From NCBI GenBank assembly GCA_003551065.1, contig PULU01000125.1, forward strand, positions 1 to 57,321: a DNA stretch of 57,321 nt, written 5' to 3'. The notes beneath the pieces were generated by a model that was given only the letters and a program-made list of their open reading frames with translations, did no database searches and was not told the origin of the DNA. Source of the stretch: Thermoplasmata archaeon (GTDB lineage Archaea; Thermoplasmatota; Thermoplasmata; Halarchaeoplasmatales; Halarchaeoplasmataceae). The stretch's first letter is position 1; each line of letters starts with the position of its first letter. Positions 29,221 through 39,900 of the stretch are shown here, piece after piece. Made by a program: the position numbers and the translations under genes.

Positions 29221-31886
29221 AGAGATCAGCAGGAGTTTCAAAACGTGTTGGCAGTATCAAATTTGCTTACATGTCCCCAGAAGAAATAAGGAATCTATCA
29301 GCCACCAAGATAATTACTCCTGACACTTATGACGACGACGGATTCCCTATCGATATGGGACTGATGGATACACATCTAGGTGTGATAGAACCTGGTTTGA
29401 GATGTAAAACGTGTGGTGGTAGAGTAGATCAATGCTCAGGCCATTTCGGTCGCATAGAATTAGCTATGCCAGTCATCCATGTTGGATATGTCAAAGAGAT
29501 CAAGAAATTTTTACGTTCAACTTGTAGAGAGTGTGGTAAATTACTGCTCCCCAAAGAAGAGAAGGAGGAGTATCAAGAACAGATGGATCAGATGGAGAGG
29601 ATGGGCGCTGACTCTTTAGACATCAGAAAATTAGCTAAAGATATATCGAAGAAGGCTAGACGGAATAAGGTCTGTCCTCACTGTAAAGCTGAACAGCAGA
29701 AGATAATGCTGGATAAACCCACGACATTCCGGGAAGATAATACCAAACTAACCCCTAAAGAAGTGCGATCTAGATTGGAAAAAATACCTGATGATGACCT
29801 TATACCCCTTGGGATGAATCCTGATGTAGTCAGGCCTGAATGGTTGGTACTTTCAGTATTACTTGTACCTCCAGTAACCGTTCGACCCTCGATAACATTG
29901 GAATCTGGAGATAGGTCAGAGGACGATCTGACACATAAATTAGTAGACATACTTAGGATAAATCAACGTTTGAGAGAAAACAGGGACATAGGTTCACCCC
30001 AACTAATCGTTGAAGACCTATGGGATCTTCTTCAATATCATGTTACAACCTATTTCGATAATCAGACTTCCGGTATCCCGCCTGCTAGACACCGCAGTGG
30101 AAGAACTTTAAAAACACTAATTCAGAGATTGAAAGGGAAAGAAGGAAGATTTAGACAGAACTTGAGTGGTAAAAGGGTTAATTTTTCTTCGAGAACCGTT
30201 ATCTCCCCAGATCCATGGCTATCTATAAATGAAGTCGGTGTTCCAGAAAAGGCAGCTAGAGAACTAACTGTACCACTAAATGTCACCGCATCCAACATCG
30301 AATATGTTAGAGAATTGGTTGCACGTGGACCAGAACCGACCGAAAGGGGAAACTACATACCTGGAGCTAATTATATTATCAGGCCAGATGGAAGAAGGAT
30401 CAGAGTCACTGAAACAAACGCTGAAACTGTAGCTGAAAAATTGGAACCGGGTTTTGTCGTAGAACGTGAGTTGAAGGATGGAGACATAGTATTGTTCAAT
30501 CGTCAACCTTCATTACATAAGATGTCTATGATGGCTCACGAAGTCAAGATAGTACCCGGAAAAACATTCAGACTTAATCTTGCAGTTTGCCCACCATACA
30601 ACGCTGACTTTGATGGTGACGAGATGAACCTCCATGTCCTTCAAAGTGAAGAAGCTCGAGCAGAAGCAAAGGTCATAATGAGAGTACAGGAAAATATCTT
30701 ATCGCCAAGATTCGGTGGTCCTATCATCGGGGCTATCCAGGATCATATAAGTGGGCTGTTCTTCTTGACTTACAAGGATCCAATTTTCTCAAGAAGAGAG
30801 GTCGTTAGTATTTTCTCAAATCTGGTGACAGACAAGATCCCTGAGCCTGCTGAAGAGATCGATGGAAATAAGTATTGGGCTGGCAAAGATATTTTCAGCC
30901 ACTTTTTACCCGATGATCTAAACATGCATTTCAGGGCTTCTATCTGTGAGAAATGTGATGAATGTATAGAAGAAGATTGTGAACACGATGCATATGTAGT
31001 CATAAGAGATGGTAAATTAGTAACGGGAACCATAGATGAAGATGCTGTAGGTGCTTTTGCAGGTAATATTGTTGACAAATTGGCTAGGGATTACGGTAAC
31101 GATGTCGCTAGAGAATTCATCGATAAGATCACTACTATCGCCCTTGGCAGTATCACCCTTAGAGGATTCACTACTAGCATCCAGGACGAAGACGTTCCTC
31201 CAAAGGCTACGAAACAGATATCTGCTGTCATGGACAAAGCAAAAAGCAAAGTAAGGAAGCTCGTAGATGCTTATCAAGATGGAGAATTAGAAGGTTTGCC
31301 TGGTCGATCTTTAGAAGAAACTTTAGAAGTCCGTATAATGAAAGAACTCGGTAAGGCTAGAGATGAAGCTGGTAATATCGCCTCTAAACATCTGGGGTTG
31401 GGTAACAATGCGGTGGTCATGGCTAGAACCGGTGCTAGAGCTAGTATGTTGAATCTAACTCAGATGGCAGGTTCACTTGGACAGCAGGCGGTCAGAGGAG
31501 AAAGACCTAAAAGAGGTTATGAAGAGCGAACTTTAGCACACTTCAAGAAAGGAGAACTCGGAGCTGAATCTCGTGGTTTCGTCAAATCTTCTTATAAAGA
31601 TGGTTTAAATCCCCTAGAATATTTCTTCCACAGTATGGGTGGTAGAGAAGGTCTAGTGGATACTGCTGTGAGAACCAGTAGGTCGGGATACATGCAGAGA
31701 CGTCTGATCAACGCCCTTGAAGATCTGATGGTCTCACATGATGAAACTGTACGAAACACTGCAAATACGATAATTCAGTTTGAGTACGGTGAAGACGGTA
31801 TAGATCCACAGAGAAGTAAAGGTGGCATTGCAGTTGACATGGATGACGTGATGACTGAGTTCAAAGTACGTAAAGGAGGTGAATAA
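29217..31886 (+). CDS. rpoA1: DNA-directed RNA polymerase subunit A' (Rpo1N)
   Basis: Zn motifs CKTCGG...CSGHFG. Catalytic [27 protein letters not shown] overlap with the rpoB stop. Confidence 0.97.
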   Translation: MKRSAGVSKRVGSIKFAYMSPEEIRNLSATKIITPDTYDDDGFPIDMGLMDTHLGVIEPGLRCKTCGGRVDQCSGHFGRIELAMPVIHVGYVKEIKKFLRSTCRECGKLLLPKEEKEEYQEQMDQMERMGADSLDIRKLAKDISKKARRNKVCPHCKAEQQKIMLDKPTTFREDNTKLTPKEVRSRLEKIPDDDLIPLGMNPDVVRPEWLVLSVLLVPPVTVRPSITLESGDRSEDDLTHKLVDILRINQRLRENRDIGSPQLIVEDLWDLLQYHVTTYFDNQTSGIPPARHRSGRTLKTLIQRLKGKEGRFRQNLSGKRVNFSSRTVISPDPWLSINEVGVPEKAARELTVPLNVTASNIEYVRELVARGPEPTERGNYIPGANYIIRPDGRRIRVTETNAETVAEKLEPGFVVERELKDGDIVLFNRQPSLHKMSMMAHEVKIVPGKTFRLNLAVCPPYNADFDGDEMNLHVLQSEEARAEAKVIMRVQENILSPRFGGPIIGAIQDHISGLFFLTYKDPIFSRREVVSIFSNLVTDKIPEPAEEIDGNKYWAGKDIFSHFLPDDLNMHFRASICEKCDECIEEDCEHDAYVVIRDGKLVTGTIDEDAVGAFAGNIVDKLARDYGNDVAREFIDKITTIALGSITLRGFTTSIQDEDVPPKATKQISAVMDKAKSKVRKLVDAYQDGELEGLPGRSLEETLEVRIMKELGKARDEAGNIASKHLGLGNNAVVMARTGARASMLNLTQMAGSLGQQAVRGERPKRGYEERTLAHFKKGELGAESRGFVKSSYKDGLNPLEYFFHSMGGREGLVDTAVRTSRSGYMQRRLINALEDLMVSHDETVRNTANTIIQFEYGEDGIDPQRSKGGIAVDMDDVMTEFKVRKGGE

Positions 31887-31888
31887 AA

Positions 31889-33325
31889 ATGGCTAAGAAA
31901 GATACAATCAATGCTCTGATAAGAAGAGGAATAGATGAGGAATTGGCCGAGAAATTAGCCAACGAAGGATACCTCCTCGGTGATGTTGAATCTGCTAGTG
32001 TAGAAGAACTCAAAGATCACATGAACGAAGAACAGGCCAAAGATATCAAGAAGAAAGTTGGTAAGAAACCTAAAAAGAAAAAGAAGAAAAGTAAAAAGAA
32101 AAAGAAATCCAAAAAGGAAGAAGATATAGATATGTCCACACCTGAAAAGATTAAACCTCTGAAGGGTGTAGCTAAGAAACTAGATAAAATTCAAGACGAG
32201 ATGGGTTATGATCTACCTCGTTCTATAATAAAAAATGCTGCAGACAGGATCGAAGAAGAAGGTGTCGAAGAAGAAGACTATGAATCAATACTTGAAATAA
32301 TATATGACAAATACAAGAGTCGAAAGATCGATCCACTCGATTCTGTAGGTATCGTCGGTGCTCAATCGATCGGAGAACCGGGTACACAGATGACCATGCG
32401 TACTTTCCACCATGCAGGAGTGGCAGAACTCGGTGTGACACAAGGGTTGCCGCGGATGATCGAAGTCGTAGATGCAAGGAAGGTACCAAGTACACCTATT
32501 ATGGAAGTCCATATCATCGACAAATGGAAAAAAGATAGAGATAAAGCGAGGATGATAGCTTCTAAACTTGAGGTAACGAGATTGATAGATATCGCTGAAC
32601 TAGAGATAGATATGGCAGATATGAAAGTCACCATAAAACCAGATATGAAAAAACTTGAAGAAGAAAATATAGAGATAGATGAGATAGTAGAAAAGATGAA
32701 GAAACTGAGAGGTATCGATGCTAAGGTCAAAAGAGAGAAAGATACGATATACCTGATATCTGAAGAAGCAAAATTCAGTCAACTTCATCAGATTGTGGAA
32801 AAAGCGAAAGAAAAAAAGATAAAAGGCCTCAAAGGTGTAGAAAGAGCAATAATCAGAGACGTAGGTTCTGAATATGTCATATTCACAGAAGGTTCTAATC
32901 TTAAGAAGGTCCTGGGAATAGAAGGTGTAGATATATCTAATACATTTTCCAACAGTATGGTAGAGATCTATAATGTTCTGGGAGTTGAAGCTGCACGCAA
33001 CTCTATAATAAAAGAAGCTAAGGACACCCTGAACGAACAGGGTCTTGAAGTGGACATTAGGCACATCATGCTGGTTGCAGATATGATGACAAACGAGGGC
33101 GATGTAAAGGCCATTGGTAGACATGGTGTCTCCGGTAAGAAAACGAGTGTTTTAGCAAGAGCTGCATTTGAGATAACTAGTACCCATCTGCTTAGAGCAG
33201 CTATCGTCGGCGAGAGCGATGATCTAGACGGTGTAGCGGAGAACGTTATCGTTGGACAGCCGATCACTCAAGGTACAGGTGCAGTGAAGGTTAAATATAC
33301 ACCTAGAAACGATGAGGGAGACTGA
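31889..33325 (+). CDS. rpoA2: DNA-directed RNA polymerase subunit A'' (Rpo1C) with a ~85-aa N-terminal extension
   Basis: Core [25 protein letters not shown] and [12 protein letters not shown]-terminal HhH-like segment plus [18 protein letters not shown] tract (32047-32115). Confidence 0.93.
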   Translation: MAKKDTINALIRRGIDEELAEKLANEGYLLGDVESASVEELKDHMNEEQAKDIKKKVGKKPKKKKKKSKKKKKSKKEEDIDMSTPEKIKPLKGVAKKLDKIQDEMGYDLPRSIIKNAADRIEEEGVEEEDYESILEIIYDKYKSRKIDPLDSVGIVGAQSIGEPGTQMTMRTFHHAGVAELGVTQGLPRMIEVVDARKVPSTPIMEVHIIDKWKKDRDKARMIASKLEVTRLIDIAELEIDMADMKVTIKPDMKKLEEENIEIDEIVEKMKKLRGIDAKVKREKDTIYLISEEAKFSQLHQIVEKAKEKKIKGLKGVERAIIRDVGSEYVIFTEGSNLKKVLGIEGVDISNTFSNSMVEIYNVLGVEAARNSIIKEAKDTLNEQGLEVDIRHIMLVADMMTNEGDVKAIGRHGVSGKKTSVLARAAFEITSTHLLRAAIVGESDDLDGVAENVIVGQPITQGTGAVKVKYTPRNDEGD

Positions 33326-33415
33326 TAAAATCATAAATAATACAAGGTATATAGAATCTCAAAAAGATTTAAGTGTAGATAATGAGAGAATATTAAAAAT
33401 TAAAGGTGGTAAATA

Positions 33416-33700
33416 ATGGATATAAACAGAGAGATCAGATTGGCTGTAAATACAGGCGAAACCAGTTTAGGAATCAAGGAAGGAATAAAGAATATCGAGG
33501 ATGGACAAGTGAAAATGCTTATCGTTGCAAAGAACTGTCCAGAACAGAAATTTAAAGGTGATGAATACAAAGGAGTCCCGATATATCAATTTAAAGGGAA
33601 TAATCATGACCTTGGATCAACAGCAGGCAAACCTTTCACCGTTTCGACGATAGCTGTTATGGACCCAGGCGAATCAGATATACTCTCTTTGATCGAGTAA
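33416..33700 (+). CDS. rpl30e: 50S ribosomal protein L30e
   Basis: 94 aa. IRLAVNTGETSLGIKEGIKNIEDGQVKMLIVAKNCP matches the L30e/L7Ae fold family. It occupies the canonical position after rpoA2. Confidence 0.88.
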   Translation: MDINREIRLAVNTGETSLGIKEGIKNIEDGQVKMLIVAKNCPEQKFKGDEYKGVPIYQFKGNNHDLGSTAGKPFTVSTIAVMDPGESDILSLIE

Positions 33701-33734
33701 ATTAAACGTGATGTTTAATCAGGGCGGAATTAAA

Positions 33735-34160
33735 ATGGAAGATATAACTTTTAATGAAAAAACGCTTAGATACATATCCCTTTTTGAAGAGATCACGGGA
33801 GCTAAAGTTAAGGATTGTATAGATATACCTGAAAAGGTTATATTCTTAGTCAACCCAGGTAACGTGGAGAAGGCTATCGGGAAAAGAGGAAAGAACGTAA
33901 CGAAGGTCAGTAACAAAATAGATAGAAACGTACATATCATCGAATACAGCGATGATCCCGAACAATTGCTAGAAAATATATTTTATAGTTATGAAGTTAA
34001 AGAGGTCGAACTGGAAGAGAAAAACGGAGTGAAGCACGGAACCGTAGAAGTTGCTCCAGAGAACAAGGCTCGTGCTATCGGTAAGAAGGGTAGAAACTTA
34101 TCTATAGCTAGAAAGATAATGATGAGACATTCAGACATATCCAGCGTATCTGTCGCTTAA
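33735..34160 (+). CDS. nusA: archaeal NusA-like termination factor (two KH domains)
   Basis: YISLFEEITGAKVKDC...AIGKRGKNVTKVS...ARAIGKKGRNLSIARK contains two GxxG KH motifs. Canonical position after L30e. Start moved to ATG 33735. Confidence 0.85.
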   Translation: MEDITFNEKTLRYISLFEEITGAKVKDCIDIPEKVIFLVNPGNVEKAIGKRGKNVTKVSNKIDRNVHIIEYSDDPEQLLENIFYSYEVKEVELEEKNGVKHGTVEVAPENKARAIGKKGRNLSIARKIMMRHSDISSVSVA

Positions 34161-35174
34161 GATACCTACTCGTCCTCTGAAGTTCAAGTATGGTTCGAGT
34201 TGAAGTTCCTTTTTCCACTGGTAGTAGCAGGAGCAGTCTGGATTTTTCAATCTACTTTTAATGGGCTCTAAGTCCTGTGTCAGATTGAATCCGTTTATGA
34301 GTTCAACTATTTCTGGATCACATCCACCGCAGTTATGAGCTCCTCTTTCGCTCCCTAACCCCACGGTGCTTGAAATTACCGTAGAGTCTATGTTACCTAC
34401 ATCTGATATCACTTTCAAGAGAGACCACAGCCATGCAGGTCTGTAGGTTCTTTCGTTCCATAACTTCTCTAAAAGACTCCCCCTCTGGATGTTAACCGGA
34501 TTTATCGAGATGATGTTACCTGGATGTGAAACTTGTTCGATAGAGTTTGTAAGATCTTTGATGGCTTCCTTTTCAGTCAGGAACGGAGGTTTAAGTAAAA
34601 GGTAGGTTCTCAGTAGGGACTGGTTCTCGAAAACTAAATCTCTCTTTTCTAGATAATCTTCTAGTTTGAATCCTTTGTTTATACAATTCTTCAGGACGAA
34701 GTTGTTACTAGATTCCAGACCTATGGCCAATTCTAGTTTTTTTACTTCAGAAGAATATCTCTGTAATCTATCTTCAGTGATGAACTGCGGTCTTGTTTCG
34801 AGTACTACCTTTTCAGCATCGAGAAATTTTAAGACTTTAAGTGCGAACTCCTGCGGGATCTCATCCTCATCGAAAAAACTTCCAGAAGTATAGATCTTGA
34901 CGATCTCCTCCCCAGAGTATTTATCGGATAATTCTTGAAATTGGTCAGTTAGATCTTTTTGAGTTATATCTGGATTGGTATCGGTGTAATAACCGCACAT
35001 TGTACATCCAGAAGCTCGATTCCATGAACACCCTATAGTCCGAAATATAACTGAAAAAACGTCTTTCAAATCATCCTGATAAAGCTCCCTTTCAGTCCAG
35101 CTGCTGACCAGATCTCTGCGATCAGAACGTGACGTTCTAGATTTGCACTTCTCGATCTCTTCTAGGATGTCCAT
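34131..35174 (-). CDS. radical SAM enzyme, TIGR01210/RaSEA-like (archaeosine synthase beta subunit candidate)
   Basis: FRTIGCSWNRASGCTMCGYY cluster motif near the N-terminus. Size of about 350 aa. Elp3-like core. An ArcS homologue is also in the window. The 3' end overlaps the nusA 3' end by 30 nt (convergent). Confidence 0.62.
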   Translation of the reverse strand: MDILEEIEKCKSRTSRSDRRDLVSSWTERELYQDDLKDVFSVIFRTIGCSWNRASGCTMCGYYTDTNPDITQKDLTDQFQELSDKYSGEEIVKIYTSGSFFDEDEIPQEFALKVLKFLDAEKVVLETRPQFITEDRLQRYSSEVKKLELAIGLESSNNFVLKNCINKGFKLEDYLEKRDLVFENQSLLRTYLLLKPPFLTEKEAIKDLTNSIEQVSHPGNIISINPVNIQRGSLLEKLWNERTYRPAWLWSLLKVISDVGNIDSTVISSTVGLGSERGAHNCGGCDPEIVELINGFNLTQDLEPIKSRLKNPDCSCYYQWKKELQLEPYLNFRGRVGILSDRYAGYV

Positions 35175-35223
35175 ATAATATCAAATCTAACGGGTAAATA
35201 AAGACTTTTGGAAAGGGTTTTGG

Positions 35224-38145
35224 TCATAGTAGCTCTTTCAACTTTTCTAACGTTGTTAGGTTTTCAGGAAGTTCACTTTCCAAAAGAGGAGTCAACTTTA
35301 TCTCTTCATCGAAGGTATTGATGAATTTCCCGCTTTTCTCCAACCATGACCGGATAGGGATCACAACGTCAGCCTTGAAGATATTTTCTGTATCTTCGCT
35401 TGTGAGATGTACTATATTTTCAGCATCTGGATACTGTTCCACTTTACCATAAACAAATACGGTACCGTTGTCCGGGATTCCAACTTTGAAATTATTCTCT
35501 ATAAGTCCTGCTGTGTTAGCTCCGGGCTGTGCAACTATCATGTCTTCTGTTTCCACTTCACTATCGTAGTTCAACACTGCAACACCCTTATCTAACTGTT
35601 CTATACTGTCCACTTCTTCTACTCCCTCATCTTTAGCTCTTTTAACGAACATCTTCAGGATCGGAGCAGTCTCATAGACTTCATCTTCCACAAATATCTT
35701 TTCAGCAGATAACAGGTCTTTCAAATTCGCCGTGGATGCTTTACTTCCTTCAGATATGTAAACAGAACCACCTACTTTTTCAGCGAGTTCTTTCAGTGTT
35801 TCAGCCTCTTCGATGGTCGTTTGTGGTGAAATCAGGATATCAGCTCCGTCTTTCAGTAGCTCAACAGCTTCTTCTAGATCACCTTTCTTGTCTATAGTTT
35901 CAACATCTGGTAACCTTTGGAATTTACCTAAATCACATAGATGTCCCTGGTATACCTCATCTTCTGCAGGCTTCAGCATGACCGGTCTCCCATTGACGGT
36001 TCTAACATCTACAGGACAGGTAAGTCCACATCTTAAACAATAAGTTTCACCGACTGATCCGGTTTCATGAGGTCCCGGTTTGACATCGTTCATAACTTCT
36101 TCGAAGGCACCTGTTGGACATGCATCAGCGATATCACCGATCAAAAGACTATCGACTTCACCTAAGGGGTCACCGAAAGCCGGTTCAACGATAGTTTTGA
36201 ATCCTCTATATGCGAACTGTACAACACCTTCACCGTGTACCTCTTCAGTGGTCCTAACACATGATCCGCATTGAACACATTTATTGGGCTCCCTTACTAC
36301 ATTCTCATGTGAATCGTCCTTCTCGTATTCGAACTTGATACCTTCATATATATGCTGTTCGGCAGAGTATAAATCAGCGTATTCTCGAAGGAGGCATTCG
36401 AACCTGTCCAGACATCCACATTCGAGGCATCTTTCGCCTTCTGATCCTGCAGCTTCTTCTGAAAATCCAAGTTCTATCTCATCAAAATCTTTGATCCTAA
36501 CATCGGGTTCTCTCTTTGGCATCACAGTTCTAGTTTCTTTGTTCCAATCTGCGAGGTCTTCTTCTATCACCTCGTCTTTATGAACGTATCCAAAGGGTAT
36601 CTTGTAATCTTCAGGTATGCTGTAATCTTCTAACCCCCCTTTAAGATAAGAGTCAACTGCAAATGCAGCCTCTCTACCCTGACCTGTACACTCGACTATC
36701 GATGAAGCACCGATGACTGCATCACCTGCTGCGAACACATCTTCAAGATTGGTCTGGAATTTCTCGTTCGTACCCAATGTGTATCTGTCCTTCTCAAGCC
36801 CTTCTTTTTCTAGTAGTTCGAGATCCGGCTGCTGGCCGATAGCTAGAATTACACAATCCGTTTCGATATCGATCTCTTCGTCTGGTATTTCGATGGGTTT
36901 AGGTCTACCTGATTCATCTGGTTCACCCAATTCAACTGCAGAACAGGTAACCTTCTCGATACCGCTTTCGTCACATCCACAGACCTTTTTTGGACTGGCT
37001 AAGAACTTGAATTCGATCCCTTCTTCTTTGGCTTCTTCGATCTCCTCCTGATTAGCAGGAGCCTGTTCTTCACTCCTTCTGTAAGCTATCACAACTTCCT
37101 TCCCGATCCGTTTAAGTGTTCTAGCAACGTCCATGGCCGTGTTACCACAGCCGATGACTACTACTTTATCACCGAGTGGGATGTCCTTACCTAAGGTGTG
37201 ATCTATCAAGAATTCGATACCACCCATCACACCTGGTAGTTCCACACCTTCTATAGGAACCATCCAGCTTTCCCATGCACCGGTGGAAACGAATACGGCA
37301 TCATAGTTTTCACGTAATTCATCTAAGTTTATGTCCTCTCCCATCTTGACCTCGGTTTCAAAATCGATACCCAGATCGAGGATCCACTGGATCTCTTTGT
37401 CCAATTTATCCTTAGGGAGCCTGTAATTCGGTATGCCATAGCGCATCATACCACCGAGCTCCGGCATCATATCGTAGATCTTAACATCATGGCCTTTCAA
37501 TCGAAGGAAATAGGCGGCAGTTAAACCCGCAGGCCCGCCTCCTACAACAGCAACGCTCTTACCACTACTTTCTGGGTTCTCAGGTGTCCACGGGTCTTGG
37601 ATGTCGACTTCAGCAGCGTACATCTTTTCCTGTCGTATGGCTATGGGGTCTTCTACCATCTCCCTTCTGCACTCTTCCTCACATGGAGCAAAGCAAGCTC
37701 TACCTAGAGATAAAGCAAGCGGACTTTTTTCCTTGATCAGTTTGACAGCTTCCTGTGGTCTCCCATTAGCTATATGGGCTAGATAGCCCTGGACGTCCAG
37801 GCTGGCAGGACATTCGATAGAACAGGGAGCTATACAGTCTCCGGTATGCTCCGATAAGAGCAGTTCTAGGGCCATCTTTCTGCCCTTTTGAACCTGTTCA
37901 GTATCCGTAGTTATCTCCATACCCTCCGATACCGGCGTATCACAAGTCGTCGTCACTAGAGTTCCTCTGTCTGTCTTTACTTCGGCTAAGCAAACCCGAC
38001 ATCCGCCGAATGGTTCTTCGATGAACTCTATCTCGCAGAGTGTAGGGACGAATATACCGTTCTCTCTGCATGCATCTAGTACTTTGTTTGAAGCGTGGGT
38101 TTCGTATTCTTTACCGTTTATTTTTAGAGTTACTTTATCAGACAT
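35224..38145 (-). CDS. NuoG/HydA-like Fe-S subunit fused to a GltD/NfnB-like FAD-NAD(P)H module (StnC-like)
   Basis: N-terminal 2Fe-2S domain (VPTLCE...GGCRVCLAEV...TTCDT). GltD-type segment (CIAPCSIECP, CFAPCEEEC, VAVVGGGPAGLTAAYFL, VVIGCGNTAMD, AAGDAV). Then 4Fe-4S motifs (CLECGC, CVQCGSCVR, ADACPTGAF). CLRCGLTCP...GHLC is a MopB-type cluster with only about 250 aa of trailing domain. Confidence 0.75.
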   Translation of the reverse strand: MSDKVTLKINGKEYETHASNKVLDACRENGIFVPTLCEIEFIEEPFGGCRVCLAEVKTDRGTLVTTTCDTPVSEGMEITTDTEQVQKGRKMALELLLSEHTGDCIAPCSIECPASLDVQGYLAHIANGRPQEAVKLIKEKSPLALSLGRACFAPCEEECRREMVEDPIAIRQEKMYAAEVDIQDPWTPENPESSGKSVAVVGGGPAGLTAAYFLRLKGHDVKIYDMMPELGGMMRYGIPNYRLPKDKLDKEIQWILDLGIDFETEVKMGEDINLDELRENYDAVFVSTGAWESWMVPIEGVELPGVMGGIEFLIDHTLGKDIPLGDKVVVIGCGNTAMDVARTLKRIGKEVVIAYRRSEEQAPANQEEIEEAKEEGIEFKFLASPKKVCGCDESGIEKVTCSAVELGEPDESGRPKPIEIPDEEIDIETDCVILAIGQQPDLELLEKEGLEKDRYTLGTNEKFQTNLEDVFAAGDAVIGASSIVECTGQGREAAFAVDSYLKGGLEDYSIPEDYKIPFGYVHKDEVIEEDLADWNKETRTVMPKREPDVRIKDFDEIELGFSEEAAGSEGERCLECGCLDRFECLLREYADLYSAEQHIYEGIKFEYEKDDSHENVVREPNKCVQCGSCVRTTEEVHGEGVVQFAYRGFKTIVEPAFGDPLGEVDSLLIGDIADACPTGAFEEVMNDVKPGPHETGSVGETYCLRCGLTCPVDVRTVNGRPVMLKPAEDEVYQGHLCDLGKFQRLPDVETIDKKGDLEEAVELLKDGADILISPQTTIEEAETLKELAEKVGGSVYISEGSKASTANLKDLLSAEKIFVEDEVYETAPILKMFVKRAKDEGVEEVDSIEQLDKGVAVLNYDSEVETEDMIVAQPGANTAGLIENNFKVGIPDNGTVFVYGKVEQYPDAENIVHLTSEDTENIFKADVVIPIRSWLEKSGKFINTFDEEIKLTPLLESELPENLTTLEKLKELL

Positions 38146-39900
38146 CTATTCCACCTCCACTGCGTTCACAGGACAAACTTCTTCACATGCTCCGCATTTT
38201 ATACATACATCTTGATCGATAACGTGTTTCTCTTTTGGTTTTCCAGAGATAGCATCTACAGGACATTCGTGAGAACACTTAGTACACCCGATACACTCCT
38301 CAGTGATTGTGAATGTGATCAGCTCCCTACATACACGGGCTGGACATGTTCCTTCTTCAAGATGTGCAGTGTATTCATCTTCAAAATATCTCAAAGTGGT
38401 GAGAACAGGATTCGGTGCCGTCTGTCCCAATCCACAGAGTGAATGGGCTTTGATCTGGTATGCTAGTTCTTTCAGCTTTTCGATATCTTCTGTTGTTCCC
38501 TTACCTTCACTGAATGAGATCAACATCTCTAACATGCGTTTTGTTCCGATCCTACAGAAGGTACATTTCCCACACGATTCCTCCTGTGTGAAGTCTAAAA
38601 AGTAATTGGCTACGTTTACCATACATGTATCTTCATCCATGACGATCATCCCACCGGAACCCATGATAGCTCCGGCCTTAGTCAGTGTTTCATAATCTAC
38701 AGGTGTATCGAGGTACTTTTTGGGTAAACATCCGCCGGAGGGACCACCTAATTGTACAGCCTTGAACTCCTTATCGTTCTCGATCCCTCCCCCTATGTCG
38801 AATATAACTTCTTTAAGTGTTGTTCCGATCGGGACCTCAACTAATCCCCCTCTCTTCACCTTACCAGCTAAAGCAAAAACCTTGGTTCCTCCACTTTTAT
38901 CTGTTCCTACATCTTTGAATTTATCAGCACCGTTCCTCATTATCCAAGGTATATTGGCCCAAGTCTCGACATTATTGATATTAGTTGGATGGCCGAACAA
39001 ACCCTGCTGTGCCGGGAAAGGAGGTCTAGGTCTAGGCATACCTCTTTCCCCTTCGATGGAGTGCATCAGTGCTGTCTCTTCCCCACATACGAATGCACCT
39101 GCTCCCTCTTTAACATGTATGTCGAAGGAGAAATCAGTGCCTAATATTTTATCGCCTAGGAACCCTTTCTTTTTAGCCTCCTTGATACCCAATTCCAATC
39201 TTTTTATAGCTAATGGATATTCCGCTCTACAGTATATGTAGCCTTCATCTGCACCTATTGCATATGCTCCGATGGTCATACCTTCCAAGACTGCATGTGG
39301 ATCGCCTTCAAGGACTGACCTATCCATGAAGGCCCCTGGATCGCCCTCATCGGCATTACATATCACATACTTCTTGTCGGCTTTAGCGTCTTTAGCGAAC
39401 TGCCATTTCAATCCAGTGGGAAAACCAGCCCCACCTCTACCTCTCAGATTACTATCTTTGACCTCATCGATGATCTCATCAGGTTCCATATCTAGAGCTT
39501 TTTTCAGAGCTTCGTAGCCGTCTCTTTCTATGTATTCCTCGATATCTTCAGGATCGATGACACCGCTATTTCGAAGGACGATCTTGTGCTGTTTAGAGAA
39601 ATAATCATATTCTTTATCAGTAGTCTGGATAAGTTTATCTTCCAACGGGACCCCATGGATAATATGGTCTTCTACAATACTTTCAATGTCGCTTTTTTCT
39701 AGGTTTCCATAGGTATATTTATTTTCGTCGTCTTCGATCTCGATTATCGGTTCATTGTGACACATCCCAACGCATCCTACTTTATCGACTTTTATACCTA
39801 TGTCTCTTTCTTCTAAAATCCTGATCAGTTCTTCATATACATCTCTAGCTCCGGCTGCGATACCGCAAGATGCGTATCCTACTAAGACCCTTCTGTTCAT
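38146..39900 (-). CDS. NuoF/HydB-like NAD(H)- and FMN-binding subunit with extra Fe-S domains
   Basis: N-terminal thioredoxin-like 2Fe-2S (CGIAAG...CVGMCHNEP). GRGGAGFPTGLKWQF. ESCGKCTFCRIG. C-terminal CIGCTKCSHECP and CIKCGACEEVCP. ATGA overlap with the upstream gene. Confidence 0.9.
   Translation of the reverse strand: MNRRVLVGYASCGIAAGARDVYEELIRILEERDIGIKVDKVGCVGMCHNEPIIEIEDDENKYTYGNLEKSDIESIVEDHIIHGVPLEDKLIQTTDKEYDYFSKQHKIVLRNSGVIDPEDIEEYIERDGYEALKKALDMEPDEIIDEVKDSNLRGRGGAGFPTGLKWQFAKDAKADKKYVICNADEGDPGAFMDRSVLEGDPHAVLEGMTIGAYAIGADEGYIYCRAEYPLAIKRLELGIKEAKKKGFLGDKILGTDFSFDIHVKEGAGAFVCGEETALMHSIEGERGMPRPRPPFPAQQGLFGHPTNINNVETWANIPWIMRNGADKFKDVGTDKSGGTKVFALAGKVKRGGLVEVPIGTTLKEVIFDIGGGIENDKEFKAVQLGGPSGGCLPKKYLDTPVDYETLTKAGAIMGSGGMIVMDEDTCMVNVANYFLDFTQEESCGKCTFCRIGTKRMLEMLISFSEGKGTTEDIEKLKELAYQIKAHSLCGLGQTAPNPVLTTLRYFEDEYTAHLEEGTCPARVCRELITFTITEECIGCTKCSHECPVDAISGKPKEKHVIDQDVCIKCGACEEVCPVNAVEVE

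Noticed and set aside
32047-32115. A-rich poly-Lys coding run in rpoA2 as a programmed frameshift or slippery site
   Set aside because: No alternative-frame ORF continues from this point on the + strand, and the zero frame runs into the conserved A'' core. Homopolymer sequencing error remains worth checking.
35224-38145. Annotation of the 973-aa subunit as a formate dehydrogenase catalytic subunit
   Set aside because: Only about 250 residues follow the MopB-type 4Fe-4S motif, which is far short of a full molybdopterin catalytic domain. There is no in-frame TGA or Sec-like site.
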